From Candidatus Hydrogenedentota bacterium (GTDB lineage: Bacteria > Hydrogenedentota > Hydrogenedentia > Hydrogenedentales > SLHB01), in contig BTWA01000001.1 of the NCBI GenBank assembly GCA_045863295.1, positions 212,337 to 276,336 on the forward strand: a stretch of DNA of 64,000 nucleotides, written 5' to 3'. Shown piece after piece: positions 12,236 through 21,179 of the stretch. The notes beneath the pieces were generated by a model. It saw only the letters and a list, made by a program, of their open reading frames with translations. It made no database searches and was not told where the DNA came from. Within the stretch, counting starts at the first letter, position 1. Every line of letters begins with the position of its first letter. Both the position numbers and the translations under genes were made by a program.

Positions 12236-13753
12236 ATGAAAGAATTTGTCGTAAACGTCAACACCCTCGAAACCCGAATCGCGCTCATGGAAGACAAGCG
12301 CCTGGGTGAACTCCTGATCGAGAGGCACGAAAGCCGCAGCATCGTCGGAAACATATACAAGGGACGTGTTGACAATATCGTGCCCGGGATTCAGGCCGCA
12401 TTCGTCGACATCGGATTTGAAAAGAACGGATTCCTCTACGTCTCCGATATTGCCGGCCTCGAAGGCACCGGCGACTTCGTGTTCGAAGAAGGCATGGCCA
12501 AGCGGGCAAAACCCAAGCGCGGCAAACACCCCGACATCGATTCGCTCCTGAAGAAGAATCAATCCATCATGGTTCAGGTCGCCAAGGATACCTTGGGCAC
12601 CAAAGGCGTCCGCCTCACCAACTACTGCACACTGCCCGGACGCTACGTTGTCCTGATGCCAACCATCAAACACATCGGCGTCTCCCGGAAAATCGAAAGC
12701 CAGGCCGAGAGAGACCGGTTGCGAAAAATCCTTCAGGAAGTCCGGCCTGAAGGCATGGGATTGATCCTGCGCACCGCGGGAGAAGGAAAGAAAAAGGCCG
12801 ACTTCGAAAGCGACGTCAAGTACCTCACGAAAGTGTGGAGCAAAATCCGAAACAAAATGGACAACATGAAGGCGCCGTGCCTCTTGCACGAAGACCTCGG
12901 ACCCATCTTGCGCGTCATTCGCGACATGTTCACCGCCGATATCGACCGGCTCACCATCGACAACGAAACCGAATACGGACGCATACTCAGCTTTCTCGAC
13001 AATTTCGCTCCCGCCCTAAAAAAACGGGTTAAGCTCTACGACAATTCCAGGCCCATTTTCGAAAAGATGGGAATCGAAACCGAAATTGAAAAGGCCTTGC
13101 ATCGCAAGGTAAATCTACCCAGCGGTGGCTCCATCTGCATCGATCAGACCGAAGCCCTCATCGCAATCGACGTCAACACCGGTCGTTTCACCGGATCGAA
13201 ACAACTCGAAGATACTGTCTTTCACACCAATCTCGAAGCCGCCGAGGAAATTGCACGGCAGGTGCGTCTGCGCGACCTCGGCGGAATTATCGTTATTGAC
13301 TTCATCGACATGCGCATGGAAAAAAATAAACGGCAGTTGCTGAAAAAACTTCAGGAATGCCTCAAGGCCGATCGCGCGAAAATTACCATCTCGGAAATCT
13401 CCGAACTCGGCATGATCGAAATGACGCGAAAGCGCGTGAAAAGCAATCTCGTCAAATCACTGTCACAACCCTGTCCCTATTGCGACGGCAGCGGTATGGT
13501 GCGTTCCGTCACCACCATGACCTTCGACATCCTGCGCCGCGTTCAAAGCCTGTTCTGCTCCAACAAAGAACGGCGAATCATCCTGCAGGTGCATCCCGAC
13601 GTCGCCCGCCGCCTCCGCACCGAAAACAAAGTATTGCTCGACGCACTCGCCAAGGAATTCGACCGCGAAATCGTCATCGAATCCGTCTCCGACTTCCACA
13701 TCCACGATCTCACCATCCTAAAACCGCAAACACGGGAAAAAATTAAGGAGTAG
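12236..13753 (+). CDS. rng: Ribonuclease G/E family
   Basis: GNIYKGRV, QAAFVDIG, TEALIAIDVNTG, RLRDLGGIIVIDFIDM, CPYCDGSG. Confidence 0.95.
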   Translation: MKEFVVNVNTLETRIALMEDKRLGELLIERHESRSIVGNIYKGRVDNIVPGIQAAFVDIGFEKNGFLYVSDIAGLEGTGDFVFEEGMAKRAKPKRGKHPDIDSLLKKNQSIMVQVAKDTLGTKGVRLTNYCTLPGRYVVLMPTIKHIGVSRKIESQAERDRLRKILQEVRPEGMGLILRTAGEGKKKADFESDVKYLTKVWSKIRNKMDNMKAPCLLHEDLGPILRVIRDMFTADIDRLTIDNETEYGRILSFLDNFAPALKKRVKLYDNSRPIFEKMGIETEIEKALHRKVNLPSGGSICIDQTEALIAIDVNTGRFTGSKQLEDTVFHTNLEAAEEIARQVRLRDLGGIIVIDFIDMRMEKNKRQLLKKLQECLKADRAKITISEISELGMIEMTRKRVKSNLVKSLSQPCPYCDGSGMVRSVTTMTFDILRRVQSLFCSNKERRIILQVHPDVARRLRTENKVLLDALAKEFDREIVIESVSDFHIHDLTILKPQTREKIKE

Positions 13754-15635
13754 GCCTGTCGGCCCTGCCCTCCAGCCGCTTGAGATTCCGCCTCGCCGTC
13801 TCGTAATCCGGCCGTAGGGCGAGTGCCTTCCTGAAACAGGCTTCGGCCTTGTCCGGATACCCGAACTCCGCGTAAAGCGCACCCAGATTGTTCAGGTTTT
13901 CCTTGTTGTCTTCCGAAATCTTTTCGGCTTTCTCCATGTTCCATAGTCGGTCCTCGACGCGCTCCTCGCTCTTCATCGCGCGGGCCAGACTCGTGTAATA
14001 CTCGAAGAGAATGAGTTTGGCCGTCCAGTCCCCACGGGGATCCTGCCAATACGCATCGTAACCCGTCAGCAAACGCGTTGGCCCGCTTGACGTGTTCTCC
14101 TCCCCCGGACGCAAGTAGCGATAAAGAAACGGAACATCCACAACCGTGGCCCCACGCACACGCCGCTTGACGGCGGAATACACAGGCCGGTCTGTATGCC
14201 TCAAAACCCACTCCATAATCGCCGGTTCATCGTCAAAAGTGGGATACTTCCCGAAACCCTCGCGTTGTTCTTCCGGCATGCCCTCGTACATCTCCGCGCT
14301 TACATACCCGTACGGATTGGCCATGGTCAAGTCTTGCCTGCGGCCTTCCACATGTTTGAGATAAAGCAGGGGAAATATCGTGTGATCGCCCCCGCCAAAA
14401 TAAATCGCATCCTGTGCCATCGCGGCAAACAAGTTTTGCCCATACACATACGAAAAGTAATAGTCGCGCTTGTTGCAGTGATTGAAATTGGCAACAAGCG
14501 GACTCAGCGCGGCAACTATCAACGTGGCCACCAGCCAGGATCGATCCCCACCGAACTGCTCGACCCACACTGCACCGCGCCCTATCCAGAGTGCCGAAAC
14601 AACGTATACCGGAATCCAATAAGGTGTGTTAATCCACACGTAACTCGCTTCAATCGGGAAATTGGGTATCAGAATCGTCGTGAGAAAAAGCAGGATCGCC
14701 ATTGAAACCAAGAGCACGTTCCACGACAGCTCTCGTCTGAAAGCCAACACAGAACCCGCCAGCGCCAATGCTCCAATCCAAGGCGTGAATTCCCAGGCGG
14801 CGACACCCAAAAATGCGCGCGTTTGCAAAGCGAAGTGGCTGACGGACCGCGGATACTCCGTGAAAATGGACTGGTATTGCTCGCGTGTGAACACCGACAA
14901 AAAATTGCGCCAATTCTCAGGATTGCCCCAATCCATCGGAGGATCCATGGAAGACCGTATCGGCAAGTAGAGATACACCATCGCGCCCAATCCCGCAAGA
15001 CACAGCGCGCTCATGTATCCGAAAAAGGCGCGACGGCCGAATCCGCGCACCGCAACAACGAACACGGCGAATAGGGGGCCAAGCAGAAACATGGTGCTGT
15101 GAACACCAAGACTGAGTCCATAGACCAACCCAAACAACGACAGCCAACGTGTGTCCTGCTGTTTGTGCCACCGATGAAGCAGCACAAGGCATGCCACCAA
15201 AAGCAGCGTATTCAAGGTGTACACTTCCGCGACGACGCTCTGCTCCCAGAACTCGCGCGAGAACGCCAGCGCCAGCCCCCCTGCGGCCGCCCCCAGCTTG
15301 CCCCCATGCATGCGTATTCCCAAGTGGGTCACCAGCAAACAGGTGACCGCGCCGCAAACCGCCGAAAAGAGATTGACCCTCCAGGCCACTTCCCCCACCG
15401 GCACGGCCAACTGAAAAAGATGCGCCAAGATCACCCACAACGGATACCCGGTGGGATGAGGTATCCCAAGCGTATACGCGGCCGCAATCAATTCGCCCGT
15501 GTCTTCCACGCTGACCGTAGGGGCAAGCGTATACACGTACACCGTAAGAGCCGCGAGCCCCACCCCGGAGGCCACGATCCAATCCGAATCAGCCACTCGT
15601 TTAAAAAGGGTTATCAGCGATCCAAATCCGCGCAA
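13743..15635 (-). CDS. DUF2723/TMEM260-like GT-C glycosyltransferase with C-terminal TPR
   Basis: TLAPTVSVEDTGEL...LGIPHPTGYPLW, FWEQSVVAEVYTL, YLYLPIRS...DWGNP, many TM helices; NNLGALYAEFG...FRKALALRPDY TPR. Confidence 0.88.
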   Translation of the reverse strand: MRGFGSLITLFKRVADSDWIVASGVGLAALTVYVYTLAPTVSVEDTGELIAAAYTLGIPHPTGYPLWVILAHLFQLAVPVGEVAWRVNLFSAVCGAVTCLLVTHLGIRMHGGKLGAAAGGLALAFSREFWEQSVVAEVYTLNTLLLVACLVLLHRWHKQQDTRWLSLFGLVYGLSLGVHSTMFLLGPLFAVFVVAVRGFGRRAFFGYMSALCLAGLGAMVYLYLPIRSSMDPPMDWGNPENWRNFLSVFTREQYQSIFTEYPRSVSHFALQTRAFLGVAAWEFTPWIGALALAGSVLAFRRELSWNVLLVSMAILLFLTTILIPNFPIEASYVWINTPYWIPVYVVSALWIGRGAVWVEQFGGDRSWLVATLIVAALSPLVANFNHCNKRDYYFSYVYGQNLFAAMAQDAIYFGGGDHTIFPLLYLKHVEGRRQDLTMANPYGYVSAEMYEGMPEEQREGFGKYPTFDDEPAIMEWVLRHTDRPVYSAVKRRVRGATVVDVPFLYRYLRPGEENTSSGPTRLLTGYDAYWQDPRGDWTAKLILFEYYTSLARAMKSEERVEDRLWNMEKAEKISEDNKENLNNLGALYAEFGYPDKAEACFRKALALRPDYETARRNLKRLEGRADRPTP

Positions 15636-15870
15636 AACAGCCCCCAGGCCACGATCGGGCCAAGATTCGACGCCCTACATGAATGAGATGATTTCGGACT
15701 TGCCGTGAATTTGTCAAAGGCGCAGGTAAACAAGGAATTGCGCAACCGGTCGAATGTGTTTATCATACGCGATGGCTGTCCCCATGGATAGGCAGATGAG
15801 CGCTGCGGCTCGGTGCCACAATTTACCGGATCGTAACATTCCGGAAAACCGGGAACGGAGGTGTCGATTC

Positions 15871-16512
15871 ATGAAACGATTTATACAGACAAGTTGGATT
15901 CTGATGTTCGGTATGATGGCGGTAGCCGCCATCCCAGCATACGCAGAAGAAGCATCGGGGGATCCGTACGCGTTGGACGTATGCCCGGTCTCCGGAAAGA
16001 AGCTGGGCGACGCCCCCGTTATCAAAGCCGTGGATGGCCGCGAGATCCGTTTTTGCTGCGCGGGCTGTCCTGAAAAGTTCGAGGCAGACAAGGCCAATTA
16101 CATTTCCAAAATCGACGAACAAATGATCGAGGCACAAAAGGCATCCTATCCGCTGACAACATGCGTGGTCATGGGTGACGAAGCCTTGGGTGACGAATCC
16201 ATCGACGTCATCTACAAGAATCGTCTGGTGCGCTTTTGCTGCAAATCATGCGTCAAGCACCTGAAAGACGAAGGCGACGCCATCATTGAAAAACTCGACG
16301 CCGCAGTGAAAGAAAAGCAGGGCGCGACCTACGCCGCCACCGTGTGTCCCGTGTCCGGCGAAAAACTGGGCAGCATGGGCGATCCCACCGAGGCTGTGGT
16401 TGCAAACCGGCTCGTCAAATTCTGCTGCGCCGGATGCGAGAAGCAACTCAAAAAAGACCCGGCCAAAGTACTGTCAAAACTGGACGAGGCCACCGCGCAA
16501 CCCAAAGGCTAA
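15871..16512 (+). CDS. Exported protein with three YHS/TRASH-like Cys repeats
   Basis: Signal peptide ending AYA; three C(P/V)V..G...(R/K)FCC..C repeats; GGAGG RBS. Confidence 0.8.
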   Translation: MKRFIQTSWILMFGMMAVAAIPAYAEEASGDPYALDVCPVSGKKLGDAPVIKAVDGREIRFCCAGCPEKFEADKANYISKIDEQMIEAQKASYPLTTCVVMGDEALGDESIDVIYKNRLVRFCCKSCVKHLKDEGDAIIEKLDAAVKEKQGATYAATVCPVSGEKLGSMGDPTEAVVANRLVKFCCAGCEKQLKKDPAKVLSKLDEATAQPKG

Positions 16513-16539
16513 TCTCACGCATTTACGTCGAATTCATGT

Positions 16540-16578
16540 TCCCCGGGCCGCCATCGGTCCGGGGATTTCTATTTTTTC
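16540..16578 (+). terminator. Terminator between convergent genes
   Basis: TCCCCGGGCCG/CGGTCCGGGGA stem followed by a T-rich tract. Confidence 0.7.
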
Positions 16579-17039
16579 GATTGACGGTTCCGCATTCGAA
16601 GGCCCGCCAGCAACACCCGCCTGCCATGCAGTATCGAGTACATGCCTAGCAGAAACAGCGCGGCGGTAGGAATGGCCGAGGGATACGATGCGCCCGCGGG
16701 CTGAAAATCCTTGGGATCGATCTTGGAGACGGTTAGCGCAACCGGAAAAACGTCGCCCTCAGTCCGGCGAAATCCAAATCCGCCCCGGTAACTCTTGGCA
16801 AAGATTCCCTCATCAGGATGCGTGTAACGCAAACGCCAGCCGCCGCTTTCAATTCGCTCCGCCGTACCTTGACGGACTACTCCAGTCCAATCCAGTTTTG
16901 CCGACTCGCCCACGTCGTACCGGACCCCTATGTACATGGAGAGTCCGATGAAGACAATGCCCGCAAGCGCCCAAAGCAGCGCTCGCGACCGTAGCGCTTT
17001 TAGCGCGGGCTCAGGCGTTTTCGAGTACGGCTCGGACAT
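16569..17039 (-). CDS. Small membrane protein with two TM helices, unknown function
   Basis: MSEPYSKT start overlaps the upstream gene end; hydrophobic ALLWALAGIVFIGLSMYIG and AALFLLGMYSIL. Confidence 0.65.
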   Translation of the reverse strand: MSEPYSKTPEPALKALRSRALLWALAGIVFIGLSMYIGVRYDVGESAKLDWTGVVRQGTAERIESGGWRLRYTHPDEGIFAKSYRGGFGFRRTEGDVFPVALTVSKIDPKDFQPAGASYPSAIPTAALFLLGMYSILHGRRVLLAGLRMRNRQSKK

Positions 17040-17883
17040 GCAAAACGTCGCGCTCCAGTACGGCGCGCCGATCGGCGCCGGCTTCAAACTTCTCCAGCGA
17101 TTCGTCTTCAATGCAGAAATCGCCCCGGTAGCCGGCCTTCTTCAAAATATCTGCCACCACCCGATGATCAATATCACCTTCATCAAGCGGCGCCATGTAG
17201 GTGCCGTATTCCCAGCCCGCTTCCCGTTGCTTTTCCCGCGTTTCCAGGGGGTAGTTGATGTTCTTGACATGCGTATGCTTCGCATACGGCGCAAGGATCT
17301 TTAGAATTCCATAAACCTCGGTCAACGGATAACCCCGCCAATAAAAGTTGCCCGTATCCACCGTCATGCCCACGCGATCCGATCCGACTTCCTGAAATAC
17401 ATTCAACAAAAAGGCAAGGTTGTTACCGAACACTCCGTGGTTCTCCAGCCCAAAACTCACGCGGCTCTTCGGCGTCCGCCTAATCACTTCCTTCAACGGA
17501 TTGGCAAGCGCCATGACGCGTTCGTCAAAACTCATTTCGCCCGCCCGCTTCATGACCGGATCCACCCGCAAACAAGGCGTTTCAAGCCGCTCCGCCACTT
17601 CCACGGCCCGCGTCATCCAGTCCACGTAGTCGCCCCGCTCCCCGGCATCTTCCTCCGTGAGCAAACAGGAAGCCCGCACCCCAAGCGCCCCCAGATGATC
17701 GCGATACGCATCGACATCGGCGTCAGATTCAAGCCGCAACCGGTTGCGTGTGTTCAACTCCAATACGTGAAACGAACCGTCCAGAGCTATCTCCGCTGCC
17801 TCCACGCCAAGATGACGCAGACCCTCAACAGGACTGGCGAATTCGTCTCCAGCAACCATGCAGTCACGAATACTCAAAAACAT
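17011..17883 (-). CDS. Sugar phosphate isomerase/epimerase (xylose-isomerase-like TIM barrel)
   Basis: GLENHG, DTGNFYW, HTHVKN, LDEGDID, GYRGDFCIEDE. Confidence 0.87.
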   Translation of the reverse strand: MFLSIRDCMVAGDEFASPVEGLRHLGVEAAEIALDGSFHVLELNTRNRLRLESDADVDAYRDHLGALGVRASCLLTEEDAGERGDYVDWMTRAVEVAERLETPCLRVDPVMKRAGEMSFDERVMALANPLKEVIRRTPKSRVSFGLENHGVFGNNLAFLLNVFQEVGSDRVGMTVDTGNFYWRGYPLTEVYGILKILAPYAKHTHVKNINYPLETREKQREAGWEYGTYMAPLDEGDIDHRVVADILKKAGYRGDFCIEDESLEKFEAGADRRAVLERDVLHVRAVLENA

Positions 17884-17942
17884 TGACCACGACTCCTTTC
17901 CGCAAAACCCAAATGCAGTGTAGGGTTGAGAACAGGCATCAA

Positions 17943-18587
17943 TCAAACCCCGCGTGTGTAAGAAACCGTGCAAAGCTCGGCCGATGCGGGCGCGGACTCC
18001 GTGCTGACCACGGCATAGCTCGCCACCGCGCCGTCTCCGGCAGCAAGGCCAACCGCGCCCGGGTTGACAAAGAGCGTGCCGTCCACCGTGCGCGCAAACG
18101 GTTCATGCGACTTGCCGCACACCACAATGGGTGTGTTGGCCACTTCGCGCATCCGCTTAAATCGCATGTCGGCTTCGCCCCGAAGCAACACGTCGCTCGA
18201 ACTCGCCGGCGTTCCATGACACACAAATACGGGCGTGCCGTCCATGTCAAACGTCCGCGTCTTGGGCAACGCGCGCAGGAATTCCAGTGATCGGCTCTGC
18301 GTGTGGCTATAGGTCCACTGCAGCGCTTCCCACTCGTCCTCCCCGATCTTCCGCTGAATCGACTCGCCCTTGCGCGACGCCCGCACCGTAAGGCGGTCCC
18401 ACTCTCCCTGGACCCCGGGAATGCCCCGCTCGCGCACCGCCTCAACCACTTCGTTGGGGTACGGAAAACCCACCACAAGATCGCCGGTATGGACGATTGT
18501 GAGAATCCCCCGGCGCGCAATGTCGTCCAAAACGGCCTTCAACGCCGGCCAGTTTCCGTGAACATCGCCAAAGACCGCAAAATGCAT
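17943..18587 (-). CDS. Metallophosphoesterase (YfcE-like)
   Basis: GDVHGNWPAL, HTGDLVVG, VCHGTP, VNPGAVG; the GN and GHxH ligand motifs appear altered (GE, GKSH). Confidence 0.85.
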   Translation of the reverse strand: MHFAVFGDVHGNWPALKAVLDDIARRGILTIVHTGDLVVGFPYPNEVVEAVRERGIPGVQGEWDRLTVRASRKGESIQRKIGEDEWEALQWTYSHTQSRSLEFLRALPKTRTFDMDGTPVFVCHGTPASSSDVLLRGEADMRFKRMREVANTPIVVCGKSHEPFARTVDGTLFVNPGAVGLAAGDGAVASYAVVSTESAPASAELCTVSYTRGV

Positions 18588-18810
18588 TCTCGTTCTCCAA
18601 CAATCCAAAACGAGGAATTGTACCGGTTTTCCATTACGGTGTTCGAGTCGATTTTCACGGCCTGAATCAGGCGGTACGGTGTTTGTAACCACTTAAACAA
18701 CAATCGGTTGCAACGGCGCTCCCCGCCCACTCCGAATTGTGGATGCCAGATCAGCCTTTAAACATAGGGGTTTTCGGGATCAAATTTTAGAATCCCCCCG
18801 AAAATAGGGC

Positions 18811-18839
18811 TTGACAAAAGCCTCTTTAGATTGTACACC
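18811..18839 (+). promoter_or_regulatory. Sigma70-type promoter for hup
   Basis: TTGACA-17 bp-TACACC. Confidence 0.55.
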
Positions 18840-18967
18840 GTGCGCCGTGGGAAGCGCAGAGGACACGGCATCCTGAATTCAAGCCCGGTCCATCGCGGCT
18901 TCTTGGGGCATGAATCACGCATCTAAGAGGGATCACCCAAAGGTCGTTCGCAAAGGAGGAAAGCATC

Positions 18968-19270
18968 ATGGCAGCAACAGGCAAGAAACCGATGACGAAG
19001 TCGCAAATTGTCGCGGCGCTCGCCGACAAGACGGGGCTCACGAAAAAAGACGTGGGTAATGTGTTGGCGGAACTGACGGCGCTTTCGTACAAGGAAGCCA
19101 AGACCGGATTCACCATTCCCGGCTTGGGTAAACTCGTCATCTCCAACCGCAAGGCGCGCACCGGACGCAATCCGATGACCGGCGAAACCATCAAAATCGC
19201 CGCGAAAAAGGTGTTGAAGTTCCGCGTTGCAAAGGCGGCTAAAGACGCCGTCGTGCCCAGCAAAAAGTAG
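18968..19270 (+). CDS. hup: HU family DNA-binding protein
   Basis: [47 protein letters not shown]. Confidence 0.95.
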   Translation: MAATGKKPMTKSQIVAALADKTGLTKKDVGNVLAELTALSYKEAKTGFTIPGLGKLVISNRKARTGRNPMTGETIKIAAKKVLKFRVAKAAKDAVVPSKK

Positions 19271-19288
19271 GTTTCGCGAGTCCTCGCT

Positions 19289-19328
19289 GCGGGGCCGGCA
19301 TTCGTTCGCCGGCCCCGCTCGTGTTTTA
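19289..19328 (+). terminator. Terminator after hup
   Basis: GCGGGGCCGGC/GCCGGCCCCGC stem then TCGTGTTTT. Confidence 0.7.
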
Positions 19329-19341
19329 CGCCCCGCGCCCA

Positions 19342-19370
19342 TTGATTCCCCCGCGGCACATTGCTACAAT
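19342..19370 (+). promoter_or_regulatory. Sigma70-type promoter for pyrR-pyrB
   Basis: TTGATT-17 bp-TACAAT with TGn extended -10. Confidence 0.65.
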
Positions 19371-19422
19371 TTCCAAAACGCCACACCGCAGGCGCACATG
19401 AAAAACAGACAACTGCCATATA

Positions 19423-19454
19423 CCTTCTCACCCGCGTCGAGAAGGCTTTTTTTT
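19423..19454 (+). terminator. Leader terminator (attenuator) upstream of pyrR
   Basis: CCTTCTC/GAGAAGG stem, then C and T8, between the promoter and the pyrR ATG. Confidence 0.65.
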
Positions 19455-19468
19455 GCCTGGGTCCGGCC

Positions 19469-20050
19469 ATGACAGAGGCCACCAATCCCGCGCACGAAAC
19501 CACCGTCGTGCTTGACTCCAACGCAGTGCGCGAATGCCTCGTGCGGCTCGCACGGGAAATCGCAACCGATAACCCGGACATGGAATCCGTCGTGCTGCTC
19601 GGCATTCTCAGCCGCGGACGGCCCCTCGCCGACCGCCTCGCAGCCTGCATCGGCGAAATGACCGGACACACCCCTCTCGTTGGCTCCCTCGCCACCACAC
19701 TCTACCGCGACGACTTGCGTTCGGGTATCCGCGCAAACGTCGCCAACAGCGTTACCCACTTCGAATTCGACGTCGACGGCGCCACCGTGGTGCTCGTCGA
19801 TGACGTACTCAGCACAGGACGTACCGTCCGTGCCGCCCTCGATGAAATCATCGACTACGGAAGGCCAGCGCGCATTCGCCTCGCCTGCCTCGTCGACCGC
19901 GGACTGCGCGAATTGCCCATACAAGCCGATTACCTTGGCTGGTCACTCGCCACGCGGCGGGACGATCACGTGACCGTTCGCCTCGCAGAGACCGATGGCG
20001 AGGACGTTGTGCTTCTGGAGTGCGCCCCCCTGGGGGAGGAAGCGACCTGA
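19469..20050 (+). CDS. pyrR: PyrR / uracil phosphoribosyltransferase
   Basis: TLYRDDL, VVLVDDVLSTGRTVRAA, LVDRGLRELPIQADY. Confidence 0.93.
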   Translation: MTEATNPAHETTVVLDSNAVRECLVRLAREIATDNPDMESVVLLGILSRGRPLADRLAACIGEMTGHTPLVGSLATTLYRDDLRSGIRANVANSVTHFEFDVDGATVVLVDDVLSTGRTVRAALDEIIDYGRPARIRLACLVDRGLRELPIQADYLGWSLATRRDDHVTVRLAETDGEDVVLLECAPLGEEAT

Positions 20051-20051
20051 T

Positions 20052-21017
20052 ATGACGGCTGCCCCGGCGACCCAATGGTTTCGCAAGGATCTCGTGGGAT
20101 TGGAAGAACTCTCCCGCGAAGAGATCGAACTCATCCTCGACACCGCGCCCCAGTTTCTCGCCGTCTCAAAACGCGAATCCGGAATCAAACGCGTGCCCTT
20201 GCTGCAAGGCCGCCTCGTCGTGAATTGGTTCTTTGAACCCTCCACACGCACACGCACCTCCTTCGAACTCGCCGCAAAGCGCCTCTCCGCCGATTCGTTA
20301 AGCATGACCGCGTCCGCCTCAAGCGTGACCAAGGGAGAAACGCTTCACGACACGCTGCACAACATCGAAGCCATGCGTTCCGACATCGTCGTGATTCGCC
20401 ACAGCTACGCAGGCGCCGCAAAAATGCTTGCTGGCAGGCACCAGTCGCATATCATCAATGCCGGCGACGGCGCACACGAACATCCGACGCAAGGTCTCCT
20501 CGACGCATTTACCATGCGCGAGAATATCCGCGCCCAACGCAGGGATCCCAAGGCTACCCTGGACGGCGTCCGGGTGGCGATCATCGGCGATATTGCACAT
20601 TCCCGCGTTGCCCGCTCCAACGTATGGAGCCTCACCAAACTCGGCGCTTCGGTCATCCTGTGCGGACCGTCTACCCTGATGCCGCCGCATATTGAGAAAA
20701 TGGGAGTGGAAACCACCACCAACCTCAGGGAAGCCCTAGAAGGTGCCGATGTCGTCTATTCTTTGCGCATCCAATTGGAGCGCCAAAGCCGATGCCTCTT
20801 TCCATCCATCCGCGAATACATCCGGCTGTTTCGAATCGACAACGAATCGCTCAAAGCAGCCCCCTCCCATGCCATTGTGATGCACCCAGGACCAATCAAC
20901 CGCGACATCGAACTCGCCGCGGAAGTCGCGGACAGCCATCGCTCCGTCATCATGGAACAGGTGACCAATGGCGTCGCTATCCGCATGGCAGTCATGCACT
21001 TATTGGTCAATTCCTGA
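20052..21017 (+). CDS. pyrB: Aspartate carbamoyltransferase catalytic subunit
   Basis: FFEPSTRTRTSFE, NAGDGAHEHPTQ, HSRVARSN, RIQLER, MHPGPINR. Confidence 0.97.
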   Translation: MTAAPATQWFRKDLVGLEELSREEIELILDTAPQFLAVSKRESGIKRVPLLQGRLVVNWFFEPSTRTRTSFELAAKRLSADSLSMTASASSVTKGETLHDTLHNIEAMRSDIVVIRHSYAGAAKMLAGRHQSHIINAGDGAHEHPTQGLLDAFTMRENIRAQRRDPKATLDGVRVAIIGDIAHSRVARSNVWSLTKLGASVILCGPSTLMPPHIEKMGVETTTNLREALEGADVVYSLRIQLERQSRCLFPSIREYIRLFRIDNESLKAAPSHAIVMHPGPINRDIELAAEVADSHRSVIMEQVTNGVAIRMAVMHLLVNS

Positions 21018-21179
21018 TCTATCCGCTTCGCCAAGCGCCTGCCCGGAAATCGCACGCCCTTGCCTCGACACGTAACAACCGGCAAAATCCCGCGTACAAT
21101 CAGAAATGGAGAATAAATCCAAAATGACAAGCGTCATGAATAAACGGGCGAACGGACCGGCAAACTCGGAGGCTCTAGT

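Noticed and set aside
18770..18804. TTTTCGGG...CCCGAAAA inverted repeat upstream of the hup promoter
   Set aside because: Short with a long spacer; cannot be told from chance without comparative data
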